A stretch of 64,000 bases of DNA, from assembly GCA_044351885.1 (NCBI GenBank), contig JBILEW010000008.1:2519-66518 (forward strand), given 5' to 3'. Each line of letters opens with the position of its first letter. The stretch's first letter is position 1. Under the pieces are notes generated by a model. That model was given only the letters and a program-made list of their open reading frames with translations. It did not search any database and was not told where the DNA came from. Position numbers and translations under genes: made by a program. The stretch comes from Bdellovibrionota bacterium (GTDB taxonomy: Bacteria; Bdellovibrionota_C; UBA2361; OMII01). This document shows positions 42,592 to 51,438 of this stretch, in pieces.

Positions 42592-44085
42592 CTATCGATA
42601 GTTCATTTCACGTACCTCGACCACCGAAGTGGCTCCCGGTGTCTGCGTAGCTCGTCCGCCGGTGACGACAGCGCGTGCTCCGTTGGGAAGCTCCTCACGC
42701 TCCTGAACGGCGCGCAGCGCCACATCGATCTCGTCGATGTGCGTATCTGCCGATTCGAACGAGATCGGACGAACGCCCCAATACAGTGCCAATTGTCGCA
42801 AGGTGGTCGGTCGTCTGGACAGGCCGTACAGCGGCTGCTGCGGACGGTACTTGGCTACTAACCGCGCCGATGTGCCGGTTTCGGTGCAGGCGATGATGGC
42901 GGCCGCAGAGACCTTGACCCCTGCAGCGCACGCAGCGTAGGCGATAGCGTCGGGGACGGTCGCCGAATCTGAATTTCTCAGACGCAACTTGTACTCCTCG
43001 AAAGCAAAGGTTTGTTCAGCAGCCAACGCGATGCGACTCAAGTACTTCACACACTCCTGTGGGTGTTCGCCTATCGCGGTCTCATCCGAGAGCATCACGG
43101 CATCAGCACCACCCATGACGGCAGCCGCGATGTCGGACACCTCTGCTCGTGTAGGGCGAACGGACGTGATCATCGAATGCATCATCTGCGTAGCTACTAT
43201 GACGGGCACGCCTCGGAAATTCGACTCTTCGATCAGGCGTCGTTGCAGCATCGGAAGCTGTTCGAGGGGCACTTCGAGTCCGAGATCGCCACGCGCCACC
43301 ATCAACCCGTCCGAGGCCTGAATGATCTCCTCGATATTCTCCAGCGCCGCACGACGCTCGATCTTCGCGATGATGCCGGCGGAGGAGCCTTTGTCGTTGA
43401 TGATGTGTCGAAGCTTGATGATGTCCTCGGCCGAGCGGACGAAGGATATCGCTACGAAGTCTACCCCGTTCTTGATGCCCCACTCGAGGTCGTGAAGGTC
43501 CTTTTTGGTTGTAGCAGGGAGATCCACATGGCTGTCGGGGAATGCGATGCCGACGCGTGAACGGATTCGCCCGCCTTTGACCACGCGACATACGACATGA
43601 TCGCTCTTGACCTCTTCCGCGGCGAGCTCGAGTAAGCCGTCAGCGAGTAGGATATGGTGGCCTGGTTTGAGAACCTGCAGCGGATTGACGGTTTCGACAT
43701 AGATAGTCTGAGCGTTAGAAAGGGCTCCGTCAGCGCACCTGAGGTGGATCTTGTCGTTGTCCGAGATCGGGCAGAAGTCCCCTTCAACGTTGGAGATTCG
43801 GATCTTTGGTCCGGAGAGGTCCTGGAGGATCGCGATCCACGCGCCCATTTCGGCGGAGATCCGTCTAACGTCGTTGAGCACAGCCAGGTGCTCCTCGTGG
43901 CTGCCGTGCGAGAAGTTGAGCCGAAACACGTTGGCACCAGCTTCGATCAGTTCCCGGATGCGCTCAGGCGAGCGGGAGGAGGGGCCCAGGGTGGCAACGA
44001 TCTTGGTCCTGCGATGATTGAGGGTGCTCTGGTCAGGGGGTGACTTACGGGTCCAGAGCTGTGAGCTAAATACATCAAAATTCAT
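42592..44085 (-). CDS. pyk: Pyruvate kinase
   Basis: RRTKIVATLGPSS, NFSHGSHEEH, MVARGDLGLEVP and VIVATQMMHSM motifs. Confidence 0.95.
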   Translation of the reverse strand: MNFDVFSSQLWTRKSPPDQSTLNHRRTKIVATLGPSSRSPERIRELIEAGANVFRLNFSHGSHEEHLAVLNDVRRISAEMGAWIAILQDLSGPKIRISNVEGDFCPISDNDKIHLRCADGALSNAQTIYVETVNPLQVLKPGHHILLADGLLELAAEEVKSDHVVCRVVKGGRIRSRVGIAFPDSHVDLPATTKKDLHDLEWGIKNGVDFVAISFVRSAEDIIKLRHIINDKGSSAGIIAKIERRAALENIEEIIQASDGLMVARGDLGLEVPLEQLPMLQRRLIEESNFRGVPVIVATQMMHSMITSVRPTRAEVSDIAAAVMGGADAVMLSDETAIGEHPQECVKYLSRIALAAEQTFAFEEYKLRLRNSDSATVPDAIAYAACAAGVKVSAAAIIACTETGTSARLVAKYRPQQPLYGLSRRPTTLRQLALYWGVRPISFESADTHIDEIDVALRAVQEREELPNGARAVVTGGRATQTPGATSVVEVREMNYR

Positions 44086-44223
44086 GGTATATCCTTAAAG
44101 TGAATCGACGTTAGATTAAGCCAGTGGCTGGCACCGTTACAAGATGAAGATAATCGATTGCATGCAGAATCGAGCCTCGGGAGGCCAGGCAGAACCTACT
44201 AACGGGCTGATTTTCGAACTTAC

Positions 44224-44322
44224 CAGGTGCACGTGGCTGAAACTGGAGGTTTTGTTTTGGGCGCGTTTACGTTCACGAGCACGTTCACGTGAGCGAAAAC
44301 AGCGGGTGTTGCCTCGCTTCCC
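44224..44322 (+). mobile_element. Family A element fragment (partial arm, divergent loop, right arm, right TIR)
   Basis: CAGGTGCACGTGG...CGCGTTTACGTTCACGAGCACGTTCACGTG...GTGTTGCCTCGCTTCCC. Confidence 0.7.
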
Positions 44323-44581
44323 AGGATTATTTGCTACTCGTGAGGTTTGGGAACGGGTGAGGCTTCGGTATGGAGTCTGATTCTAACTGAATCGGTTCGA
44401 TTGTGTCAGACTTCGGCTCGACGCGGAAAACGTCATCTTGTGTCGCATCGAGAGCATCTTCTGGACCTCCTCACGACATCTAATGTTCAAGCTCTAAATT
44501 GTAGCCCTCCGTGCCAGATGACCTGGGGAGGTTAAGAGTTGTGAGGTTTAACTAGTGTTTGAAAGCGAGCCAGCGCGTGCC

Positions 44582-45292
44582 ATGAGTGTTCAAGATTCAT
44601 CCAGCGGAGAAGGTAGGCAGGAGTATCTCAGTAAGAAGGTCTCCATAAATGGGCAGACGGTCACGTTGTACAGTAGCAACGGGCAAACGTGGTTTTCCTC
44701 GCCCGAGGAGATTCCTGAGGTGATGGCTCGTTTGGACAACACCCGCGTTCTTTTGAACGATCCCAAGGGAGAGGCTCCGCCGGTTCTTGCTCCGAAACCG
44801 ACCTCCGCAAAATACCGCATCAGGGGGCCCAAGCCGCGTCCTATTCTGCAGCAGGATGGCGGGCCGATAACTGGTACTCCTGTAGAGCCGATCTCGTCAT
44901 CCACACTCGAAGTGAAGGTGGGGCAAGAATCTTTGGAGGTCGTTGCGAAGTCGACGAAGCAGCCTGGACAGGCTAGTACCTCGGTTCGCAAGGGAGAGCC
45001 TGCCCGAGAGTACAAGAAGTTAGTGGCGCCTGTTTCGACGGGTCCCAAGCCCCCCAAGGCGCCAAAGGTACCGCCTGTCAAAGCAGCGGCAGAGCCTGTG
45101 AAGTCAAAGGAGAGCCCCGCCAAGAAGGTAGCTCCGATCAAGGGTGCTCAGGAGGTCAAGGTGCAGAAGGCCAAGCCAGTACTTAAGAAGCCAGCACCGA
45201 AGAAGGCAGAGGCGCCGAAAGCAGCCCCAAAGAAGTTGGTTGCCAAGAAGACTCCGACGAAAAAAGCCGGAATCGTCAAAAAGAAACGCTAG
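44582..45292 (+). CDS. Protein with Lys/Ala/Pro-rich histone-H1-like C-terminal tail
   Basis: The C-terminal ~110 aa read PKPPKAPKVPPVKAAAEPVKSKESPAKKVAPIKGAQEVKVQKAKPVLKKPAPKKAEAPKAAPKKLVAKKTPTKKAGIVKKKR. The N-terminal ~60 aa look globular (VSINGQTVTLYSSNGQTWFSSPEEIPEVMARL). The start is ambiguous (GTG 44555 or ATG 44582). Confidence 0.55.
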   Translation: MSVQDSSSGEGRQEYLSKKVSINGQTVTLYSSNGQTWFSSPEEIPEVMARLDNTRVLLNDPKGEAPPVLAPKPTSAKYRIRGPKPRPILQQDGGPITGTPVEPISSSTLEVKVGQESLEVVAKSTKQPGQASTSVRKGEPAREYKKLVAPVSTGPKPPKAPKVPPVKAAAEPVKSKESPAKKVAPIKGAQEVKVQKAKPVLKKPAPKKAEAPKAAPKKLVAKKTPTKKAGIVKKKR

Positions 45293-46529
45293 CAGCTCGC
45301 AGAGTCACGCGATCCTCGAGTTGCAGCGAAAGCCCCTCGTCGGTCGTCACCCGCACGGTCCCGGGGATCTCATCGAGATTCTGGACAGCTCGCGGGATGG
45401 TGCCATCGAGAACCACGCGCGCCTGGGCGGTGCGTTGGTCTTGCGTCATCTCCAACGTGATCTCGGTCTGTGCTGGTACTCTTCGCATCTGCCCGTCTTG
45501 CTCGATGAAGAGGTAGGTCACCAATCGACCGGTCCATATTCCTGGTTCGCTTTCATGCAGTAAGGTCGTATCGCTCTCGGCGCGCCGCAGTTGAGGGGGG
45601 GTAGAGGATTGTTCGGCCCTTCCAGGTGTATCCCGAGGCGTCACGATGAGAACCCGGGCGGAGAGTGCCTCCTCGTGCATACGAGAGGAGATCGTAAGCA
45701 CGTATCCATTCCGTGAAACGGTGCCGTCGTAGTGTCTGTACCCCGCTGTCGAGGCGGCAGCTTCCTGCTCGGGAGGTGTCGGGATCCCCCAACTCGTCCC
45801 AAACTTATAGTTCGAGGCCTCATGCGAGAGATCCGGTTTTCCCATGAAAGCGCGATTCACTCCGAGGAGGCAGGCTAGTCCGGCCAAGAGCATGCCGATC
45901 ATCTGAATTCCCGTCAGTCCCGTTTGTCGACGTCCGTAGGTGCGAGGTCGGATCGTCCGAGTGCGGCGATGTCGCATGCCTGGCGCGAGGGGATGCGACT
46001 TGGCACCGTGGTGATGAGGCGGAAGGTCGCGCATGGTTCGAGTGCCCTGTTGTTCTCGGTCCTGGTTGTACATTGGGATCCTACCGTATGAAGTGTTCCC
46101 GAGTTTTCGTATTTCAGTCGGATTGTCCAGTGCAAGAACGTACTCTCCCGGTGAGCAGGATGCTTGAATCACCCGAAGGGAAGGTGCACGGAGCAGCTCT
46201 TCGAGTTGCGGAGAGATCTCCGCAAGCTCGTTGACCGGTGAGGTGTTGAAACGTGAGGGTGCATCGCAAAGATCCGCGATGCTGACACGCACTCCCAGCT
46301 CCTCGAGCGCGTCGACGAGCGATGACAGATCCTGGCGCGAGTCCTTCTTGCAAATCACAGCGCTGCCGGGCGCCTCCAGAATTCGTCCCGTTTCTTCCGC
46401 TGATAAGTTGAGGTCAGCGGTACAAAAGTTGGTAAAGCGTTGGACAGCATGCGGGCAGTCCTCGACAAAACCGTGGAAACGGAGCACGAACGGCCGCTCT
46501 TCAGAGGGGATCTGAGTTGTGTCTGACAT
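45276..46529 (-). CDS. Hypothetical single-pass membrane protein
   Basis: 417 aa with a central TM (IQMIGMLLAGLACLLGV). The N-terminal ~90 aa (FVLRFHGFVEDCPHAVQRF...LSAEETGRILEAPGSAVICKKDSRQDLSSLVDALEELGVRVSI) loosely resemble a ribosomal L7/L12 C-terminal-domain-like fold. Its 3' end overlaps the convergent gene by 17 nt. Confidence 0.5.
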   Translation of the reverse strand: MSDTTQIPSEERPFVLRFHGFVEDCPHAVQRFTNFCTADLNLSAEETGRILEAPGSAVICKKDSRQDLSSLVDALEELGVRVSIADLCDAPSRFNTSPVNELAEISPQLEELLRAPSLRVIQASCSPGEYVLALDNPTEIRKLGNTSYGRIPMYNQDREQQGTRTMRDLPPHHHGAKSHPLAPGMRHRRTRTIRPRTYGRRQTGLTGIQMIGMLLAGLACLLGVNRAFMGKPDLSHEASNYKFGTSWGIPTPPEQEAAASTAGYRHYDGTVSRNGYVLTISSRMHEEALSARVLIVTPRDTPGRAEQSSTPPQLRRAESDTTLLHESEPGIWTGRLVTYLFIEQDGQMRRVPAQTEITLEMTQDQRTAQARVVLDGTIPRAVQNLDEIPGTVRVTTDEGLSLQLEDRVTLRAASVSF

Positions 46530-46850
46530 ATGCTCGAATGTGAGAGTTCGGACGAAACCAGCTTTCAGTTGAGAGATGTCGTCAGTTATTGACCGGCAAA
46601 AGTATGCTGGAGGGCTTGGCTGGGTTTATAGAGCCCTTTAGCTAGGAGTTCCCGCTAGCCTTGTGAGCTGCGTTCAGATACCCCCAGGATAGGGAAAGTG
46701 AGCACGAATTAGGGTTGCTAAGGCTGGGAGGGGTTTGTAACCTCTTGATGTTTATGGATTATTAACATTGGATAGGCTCGGTGCCGATTGAGTACCAACG
46801 CTGTTCAGGGTATACAGATCTAAGCGCCAAGCACAGGAGTCGAGACGCAC

Positions 46851-47348
46851 ATGGGATACATCGAAGAAAACCTCATGTCGGATGAGGAATTGATACGTGT
46901 GACTCGACTGCATCCGATCGTATTGCTCGTGCCTGCGATGACGACGTCTTTCCTCGCAGGTACCGTCTCGATGGTGCAGGACATCCCGTGGGCCTTTGCG
47001 GTTGTTTCTATCCTACTTCTGTTTTCGGCGTATCGGTTGGCCAACAAACTGCTCTTTTTCCTCACCTCTGAATTTGGCATTACATCGAAACGAGTGCTCG
47101 GAAAAACTGGATTCATCAAGCGTCGCTCGCTCGACATAGTGCTCGTGAAGGTCGAGGCGATCCGCCTCAACCAGGATCTCCTCGGTCGACTCTTCAATTT
47201 CGGAAGTATCGAGGTTACCGGTACTGGTGGGACGGAAGAGATTCTCGATTTTATCCCAGAACCCTTGGCCTTCAGGAACGCGATTCAAGAGCAGCTCTGG
47301 AGACTCAACAAGGACAAGACCGACGCAGAGCGGCTGATGGATATGTAG
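46851..47348 (+). CDS. Bacterial PH-domain (bPH_2, YdbS/YdbT-like) membrane protein
   Basis: Two TM helices, then TSEFGITSKRVLGKTGFIKRRSLDIVLVKVEAIRLNQDLLGRLFNFGSIEV. Confidence 0.7.
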   Translation: MGYIEENLMSDEELIRVTRLHPIVLLVPAMTTSFLAGTVSMVQDIPWAFAVVSILLLFSAYRLANKLLFFLTSEFGITSKRVLGKTGFIKRRSLDIVLVKVEAIRLNQDLLGRLFNFGSIEVTGTGGTEEILDFIPEPLAFRNAIQEQLWRLNKDKTDAERLMDM

Positions 47349-47454
47349 CGCTTGGCTCGCTCTCTGACCCGTCGGGTACAAAAGCTCTCAGGCACGAAAC
47401 TTTTCTAGCCCAAAGGCGAACTAGATCCGGAACGTCGTGAACCGGGAGTGAGCC

Positions 47455-48483
47455 GTGAGTGTGTATTCATCTTTGAACATCGAACGAGAGCGTATTCTTG
47501 CGCTCCAATGTAGCGCGCTTTCGCGAGGTGACAAGCAGGAGGTAGTGCGCAGGGTTGCCGAGGGTAGCTCCTTTGTCGAACTCTTTACGAGCCTTGAGCG
47601 CCGGAGCGGCGAGACCCTCAACCTGCCGGATGTAGAGCCGATCCTCGAGATGTGTACACGTTGCGCAATCGAGGTTCTGCCGTTGAGCTTTCCAGCCTAT
47701 CCGGAGCTTTTGAGACGCACGAGCTCTCCACCGCTGGCGTTGTTCGTGCGTTCCGGAGAGCCTCTCAAGAGTTTCCCCCGTGATGTGATCTCCGTGGTGG
47801 GGTCTCGGGCGGCGTGCGTAGAGGTGTGCCATGCGGCATCACGACTAGCGCACGATCTGGCGTACGCAGGGTGTACGGTTGTGAGTGGGCTAGCCCTTGG
47901 AGTTGATGGCGCGGCGCATCGAGGTGCCCTTGCTGGTGGAGGAGAGTGTCCGACGATCGGCGTCATGGCGCACGGGCTCGACACGATATATCCCCGATCT
48001 CACGAGTTCTTGGCGCGATCGATTGTGGAGCGCGGCGGCATCCTCGTTTCGGAATATCCACCTGGTATACAACCACTGAAGCACCACTTTTTGGAGCGAA
48101 ACCGGATTGTGGCTGGATTGGCGAGGGGAATCGTGGTCGTTCAAGCGGGCGAGCGAAGTGGATCGCTTGTCACCGCGAACTATGCCGCTGATTTCGGAAG
48201 GGATGTATTCGTGCTCGAAGGCGCTCAGGAGGACTCACGCTATCTCGGTTCGGATCGCTTGTGTGAAGAGGGGGCGATACCGATACGGGACGCTGCGCAG
48301 GTTCTCTCCGAATACGGAATGCTTCGAGCAGGGCAGAACGGTGCATGGGTGACGATCTCCCTCGAAGAGCTTTCTTCGCGCACCGGGGGATCCAAGGAGC
48401 GGGCGCTCACGTGGGAGCTCGAGGGCCGTTTGGTGCGTTTGTCTGGGAATCGTTTCTCGTTCTATGAGACGTCCGGGGAGTAG
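47455..48483 (+). CDS. dprA: DNA-processing protein DprA (Smf)
   Basis: VVGSRAACVEVCHAASRLAHDLAYAGCTVVSGLALGVDGAAHRGAL...GVMAHGLDTIYPRSH...ERNRIVAGLARGIVVVQAGERSGSLVTA. GTG start preceded by GGGAG. Confidence 0.9.
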   Translation: MSVYSSLNIERERILALQCSALSRGDKQEVVRRVAEGSSFVELFTSLERRSGETLNLPDVEPILEMCTRCAIEVLPLSFPAYPELLRRTSSPPLALFVRSGEPLKSFPRDVISVVGSRAACVEVCHAASRLAHDLAYAGCTVVSGLALGVDGAAHRGALAGGGECPTIGVMAHGLDTIYPRSHEFLARSIVERGGILVSEYPPGIQPLKHHFLERNRIVAGLARGIVVVQAGERSGSLVTANYAADFGRDVFVLEGAQEDSRYLGSDRLCEEGAIPIRDAAQVLSEYGMLRAGQNGAWVTISLEELSSRTGGSKERALTWELEGRLVRLSGNRFSFYETSGE

Positions 48484-48494
48484 GGGGCGTCATA

Positions 48495-48523
48495 TTGACT
48501 TGTAGTGGGTCGTTGACTACTCT
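48495..48523 (+). promoter_or_regulatory. Candidate sigma70-type promoter for tRNA-His
   Basis: TTGACT (48495-48500), 17-nt spacer, TACTCT (48518-48523), about 80 nt upstream of the tRNA. Confidence 0.3.
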
Positions 48524-48602
48524 TCGCTGCTGTATTGAACGTCTGCAAAGTAAGCAGGGCTGTCATAAGGCTTCGGTTTTATTGCGGACTTCGGACGTTG
48601 AT

Positions 48603-48679
48603 GGTGGCTGTAGCTCAGTTGGTAGAGCACCGGATTGTGGTTCCGGGTGTCGTGGGTTCAATCCCCTCCAGCCACCCCA
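48603..48679 (+). tRNA. tRNA-His(GTG): tRNA-His (anticodon GTG), encoded CCA
   Basis: I folded the cloverleaf by hand. The extra G-1 sits opposite discriminator C73, which is a His identity feature. Acceptor stem is GTGGCTG/CAGCCAC and D-arm is GCTC-AGTTGGTA-GAGC. The anticodon arm is CCGGA-TTGTGGT-TCCGG. The T-arm GTGGG-TTCAATC-CCCTC has one U-U mismatch. Confidence 0.92.
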
Positions 48680-48848
48680 GTTTTTCCCGCTCGGCGCTCT
48701 CGCCAAGGGGCTGCCGCCCCTCTCGCCCCTAAACGGGGCTTCACCCCGCTTCCCTAAAATTTCTAGAGCTTTCAAAAGTTGGATGCACGCTGCGAAATAC
48801 ATCTATGTTTTCGGCTGTTACACGAATTTAGATACTCCACTCCATCAT
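48680..48848 (+). repeat. tRNA-His-adjacent direct repeat, unit 1
   Basis: GTTTTTCCCGCTCGGCGCTCTCGCCAAGGGGCTGCCGCCCCTCTCGCCCCT...TTTCTAGAGCTTTCAAAAGTTGGATGCA...TTAGATACTCCAC. It aligns with 48918-49092. Confidence 0.85.
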
Positions 48849-48917
48849 CTTCCTATCCAAACTTGGCTTCGCCAAGATTTGGATGACGGGTTAGGGGAGG
48901 GCCCCTAACAACCCCAT

Positions 48918-49092
48918 GTTTCCCGCTCGGCGTTCTCGCCAAGGGACTGCCGCCCCTCTCGCCCCTGATCGGGGCTTCACCCCGCCACTCTGACATTTCT
49001 AGACGTTTCAGAAGTTGGATGCAGTTTGGATGCATCGACACGAAACATCTATGATTCACTGCGTTACAGAAAATTAGATACTCCACCCCATC
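48918..49092 (+). repeat. tRNA-His-adjacent direct repeat, unit 2
   Basis: GTTTCCCGCTCGGCGTTCTCGCCAAGGGACTGCCGCCCCTCTCGCCCCT...TTTCTAGACGTTTCAGAAGTTGGATGCA...TTAGATACTCCAC. It is preceded by CCCCTAACAACCCCA, which resembles the tRNA 3' end CCCCTCCAGCCACCCCA. Confidence 0.85.
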
Positions 49093-49225
49093 CGCCCCTT
49101 CTATTGGGGCGAGATGGGATCTCGCCCTCGCCCTCGCCCCCTTCAGGGGGCGGGCGGGGCGGATAGTGTGGCCAGCCTCAAATATCCGAGAAACTTTCTC
49201 CCCCTTTTCTCGATTACTCTTATGT

Positions 49226-49471
49226 ATGCACTACGTGCACATTTTAAAGAGCGAGAAGGATCCCGGCCGCTACTACAGCGGCGTGACATCAAACCTCAAG
49301 CGCCGCTTCGCCGAACACAATCGAGGTGACTCAATCCATACGAATCAATACAAACCGTTGAGGCTCATCAACTATGTCGCCTTCGTGAGTCGGGAGAAAG
49401 CTGAAGCATTCGAACGTTACCTAAAAACCGGCGCTGGCCGATGCTTTCAGAAGCATCATCTTGGCGAGTAA
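49226..49471 (+). CDS. GIY-YIG nuclease-family small protein
   Basis: MHYVHILKSEKDPGRYYSGVTSNLKRRFAEHNRG...YVAFVSREKAEAFERYLKTGAGR is the GIY-YIG/UPF0213 pattern. I use the ATG at 49226, internal to ORF 49166. Confidence 0.8.
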   Translation: MHYVHILKSEKDPGRYYSGVTSNLKRRFAEHNRGDSIHTNQYKPLRLINYVAFVSREKAEAFERYLKTGAGRCFQKHHLGE

Positions 49472-49523
49472 TCAGGCTGCAGCGAGTTTGAACCGATCTC
49501 GCTGCAGCCAGCGAATAGCTCGA

Positions 49524-50216
49524 CTAAAACTGATATCCAATTCCAAAGATCAGCGAGAGATTGATGTAGTCCACACTATATGAGCCGTTACTGTTGCTGA
49601 GGTCTGGGCTCGGCGCGGACATGAATCGACCTTCCCCGTAAAAGCGCCAATTGTGATCAATTGGCACCTCAGCTCCGACCATCGCTTGCCATGCGAAGAC
49701 CTGGTCCTCTAAATCCTTCTGAGAGTTTACGCCAGTGAGCTGCACATCTGAGTCAATCTCTTGGAGAAAGCCCAATCCTAACCCGATGTACGGAGACCAC
49801 GTGTCGGCGAAGTCAAAGTAATAGTACCCGTTAGCCATGATCGCCACGGATGCCAAATCTCCGCCATCAGCTATCGTTGTACCTCCCGAACCCTCGATCT
49901 TATCGATGTCATTACTGCGATAAGCGTAGTCAAGATCCGCAGCGAAGTTTCGATTGAAGCGATATCCGGCAGCCAGTCCAACTACGGCTCCTGTATCTAA
50001 GTTTGCCTCGCCAGATGGGAATGAGTTCGGATTGCTCCCGTCAAAGTCAGAGTCCAGAGCGAAATTCAACCCTCCCATCAGTCTGGCGTACGGCCCTTGA
50101 TAGTCTGTATCATCCGCAGATGCTTGCCCTGTTATTCCACATATAGACAACACAGCTACCGCCCCGCTGGTGAGCATAAGCCTCGTGAAACCCCTTCGGA
50201 TAGCGATCATCTTCAA
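49524..50216 (-). CDS. Outer-membrane beta-barrel protein (OmpA-like/OMP_b-brl family)
   Basis: Signal peptide (AVAVLSICGITGQASA), alternating beta-strand pattern, and a C-terminal GIGYQF with terminal Phe. Confidence 0.65.
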   Translation of the reverse strand: MKMIAIRRGFTRLMLTSGAVAVLSICGITGQASADDTDYQGPYARLMGGLNFALDSDFDGSNPNSFPSGEANLDTGAVVGLAAGYRFNRNFAADLDYAYRSNDIDKIEGSGGTTIADGGDLASVAIMANGYYYFDFADTWSPYIGLGLGFLQEIDSDVQLTGVNSQKDLEDQVFAWQAMVGAEVPIDHNWRFYGEGRFMSAPSPDLSNSNGSYSVDYINLSLIFGIGYQF

Positions 50217-50359
50217 ACCTCCTCTACTTAAAAATAAAAGTTACGACGATGCAGACTGAACTATAACTAGACTCTCCCCAGCTACATACGTGGAGATGCA
50301 CAAGCGGGTGAAATATTGCATGAGTGGCACATTAAATTCATGAGTGGTAAGCTCTTAAC

Positions 50360-51205
50360 ATGACTGAAAAAGAGAGGGAGAGAGAACGTTGGTTTGACGC
50401 AACCGCAGTGTCGGTGGAGCAGTACTTTTTTTTCAGCTCGCTGGCGCTTGTCGTGATTTTTGCCTGGATGGAACCCGCCGGTGCGGCAGGGATCGGTTTT
50501 GGGCAGGGGCTCGTCTTTTGGACGATTCAGATCTCCATCTTGATTCCGCTCTCAATCACAATACAGCATGTGGCCTCCCACTACGTCACACTTAAAATCC
50601 CTCAGACTCCCTGGATACAGACGGCACTATCGGGAGTTGTCGCAGCTCTACTGTTCGTTCCGATCGCTTACTCCCTCGATCTGTTATTTGCCATCCCGGA
50701 AGACGAGGGATCAATAGGTCTCTTAGGTGGCTTACTGGATGAGGCCTCTGGGGTAGTGGTGCCGGTCACGGTGACATGGCTCGCACTCAATGCCCCTTGG
50801 ATTCTCCAATTAGATTTCTCAAAGAAATACGATGATTCACCTGTTCAGGGACTAGATTCAGAGAAAGCGAAACCTTCAAGTGACACGGAGCGACCAACTC
50901 GATTTCTACAAGAGCTGAGGAGTCGAGCCTCGGGTGATCTGATATCGATTAGCTCGGAGCTCCATTATGTCCGCGTTGTCACCACGGACACCGAAGTCAT
51001 GTTTCTTTACAACCTCAAAGATGCTCTTGAAGAGTTACCTGCCGATGCTGGTGTGCAGATCCACAGGTCGCACTGGGTGTCGAAAGGACATGTGCAGGGT
51101 CTGGCAAAGAAGAATGGGAGTTGGGAGTGTGCTCTCTCAAACGGCAAGAGGTTGCCAATCAGCCGCAGGAAGTATTCAGAGGTCAAGGACTTACTCGGAG
51201 CTTAG
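50360..51205 (+). CDS. Membrane-anchored LytTR DNA-binding-domain protein
   Basis: About 4-5 N-terminal TM helices, then a LytTR region ISISSELHYVRVVTTDTEVMFLYNLKDALEELPADAGVQIHRSHWVSKGHV...GKRLPISRRKYSEVKDLL. No receiver domain. Confidence 0.75.
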   Translation: MTEKERERERWFDATAVSVEQYFFFSSLALVVIFAWMEPAGAAGIGFGQGLVFWTIQISILIPLSITIQHVASHYVTLKIPQTPWIQTALSGVVAALLFVPIAYSLDLLFAIPEDEGSIGLLGGLLDEASGVVVPVTVTWLALNAPWILQLDFSKKYDDSPVQGLDSEKAKPSSDTERPTRFLQELRSRASGDLISISSELHYVRVVTTDTEVMFLYNLKDALEELPADAGVQIHRSHWVSKGHVQGLAKKNGSWECALSNGKRLPISRRKYSEVKDLLGA

Positions 51206-51438
51206 TTCCCGCTGGACGTACTCCTTGCGCCCTGATGTATCGTGAGATTATCTCCACCGACAACTACTCAAAATGCTTCCTGTGCTACGACATGACACGT
51301 ATTGCTACCCATCCGAACTTGGCTAAAGCGAAGGTTCGGATTCGGGGGAGACCGCTTGCCCCTGACAATCCCGTACGCCCCGCAGCAACATTAGCATTTC
51401 AAGAGGTGGCTCGGCCAACCCATGGCAATGTCGGACGG

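Noticed and set aside
48603-49471. Intact integrative element or prophage at tRNA-His
   Set aside because: No integrase, excisionase or phage/ICE genes occur anywhere downstream. Only the short tandem repeat scar and a small GIY-YIG gene are present.
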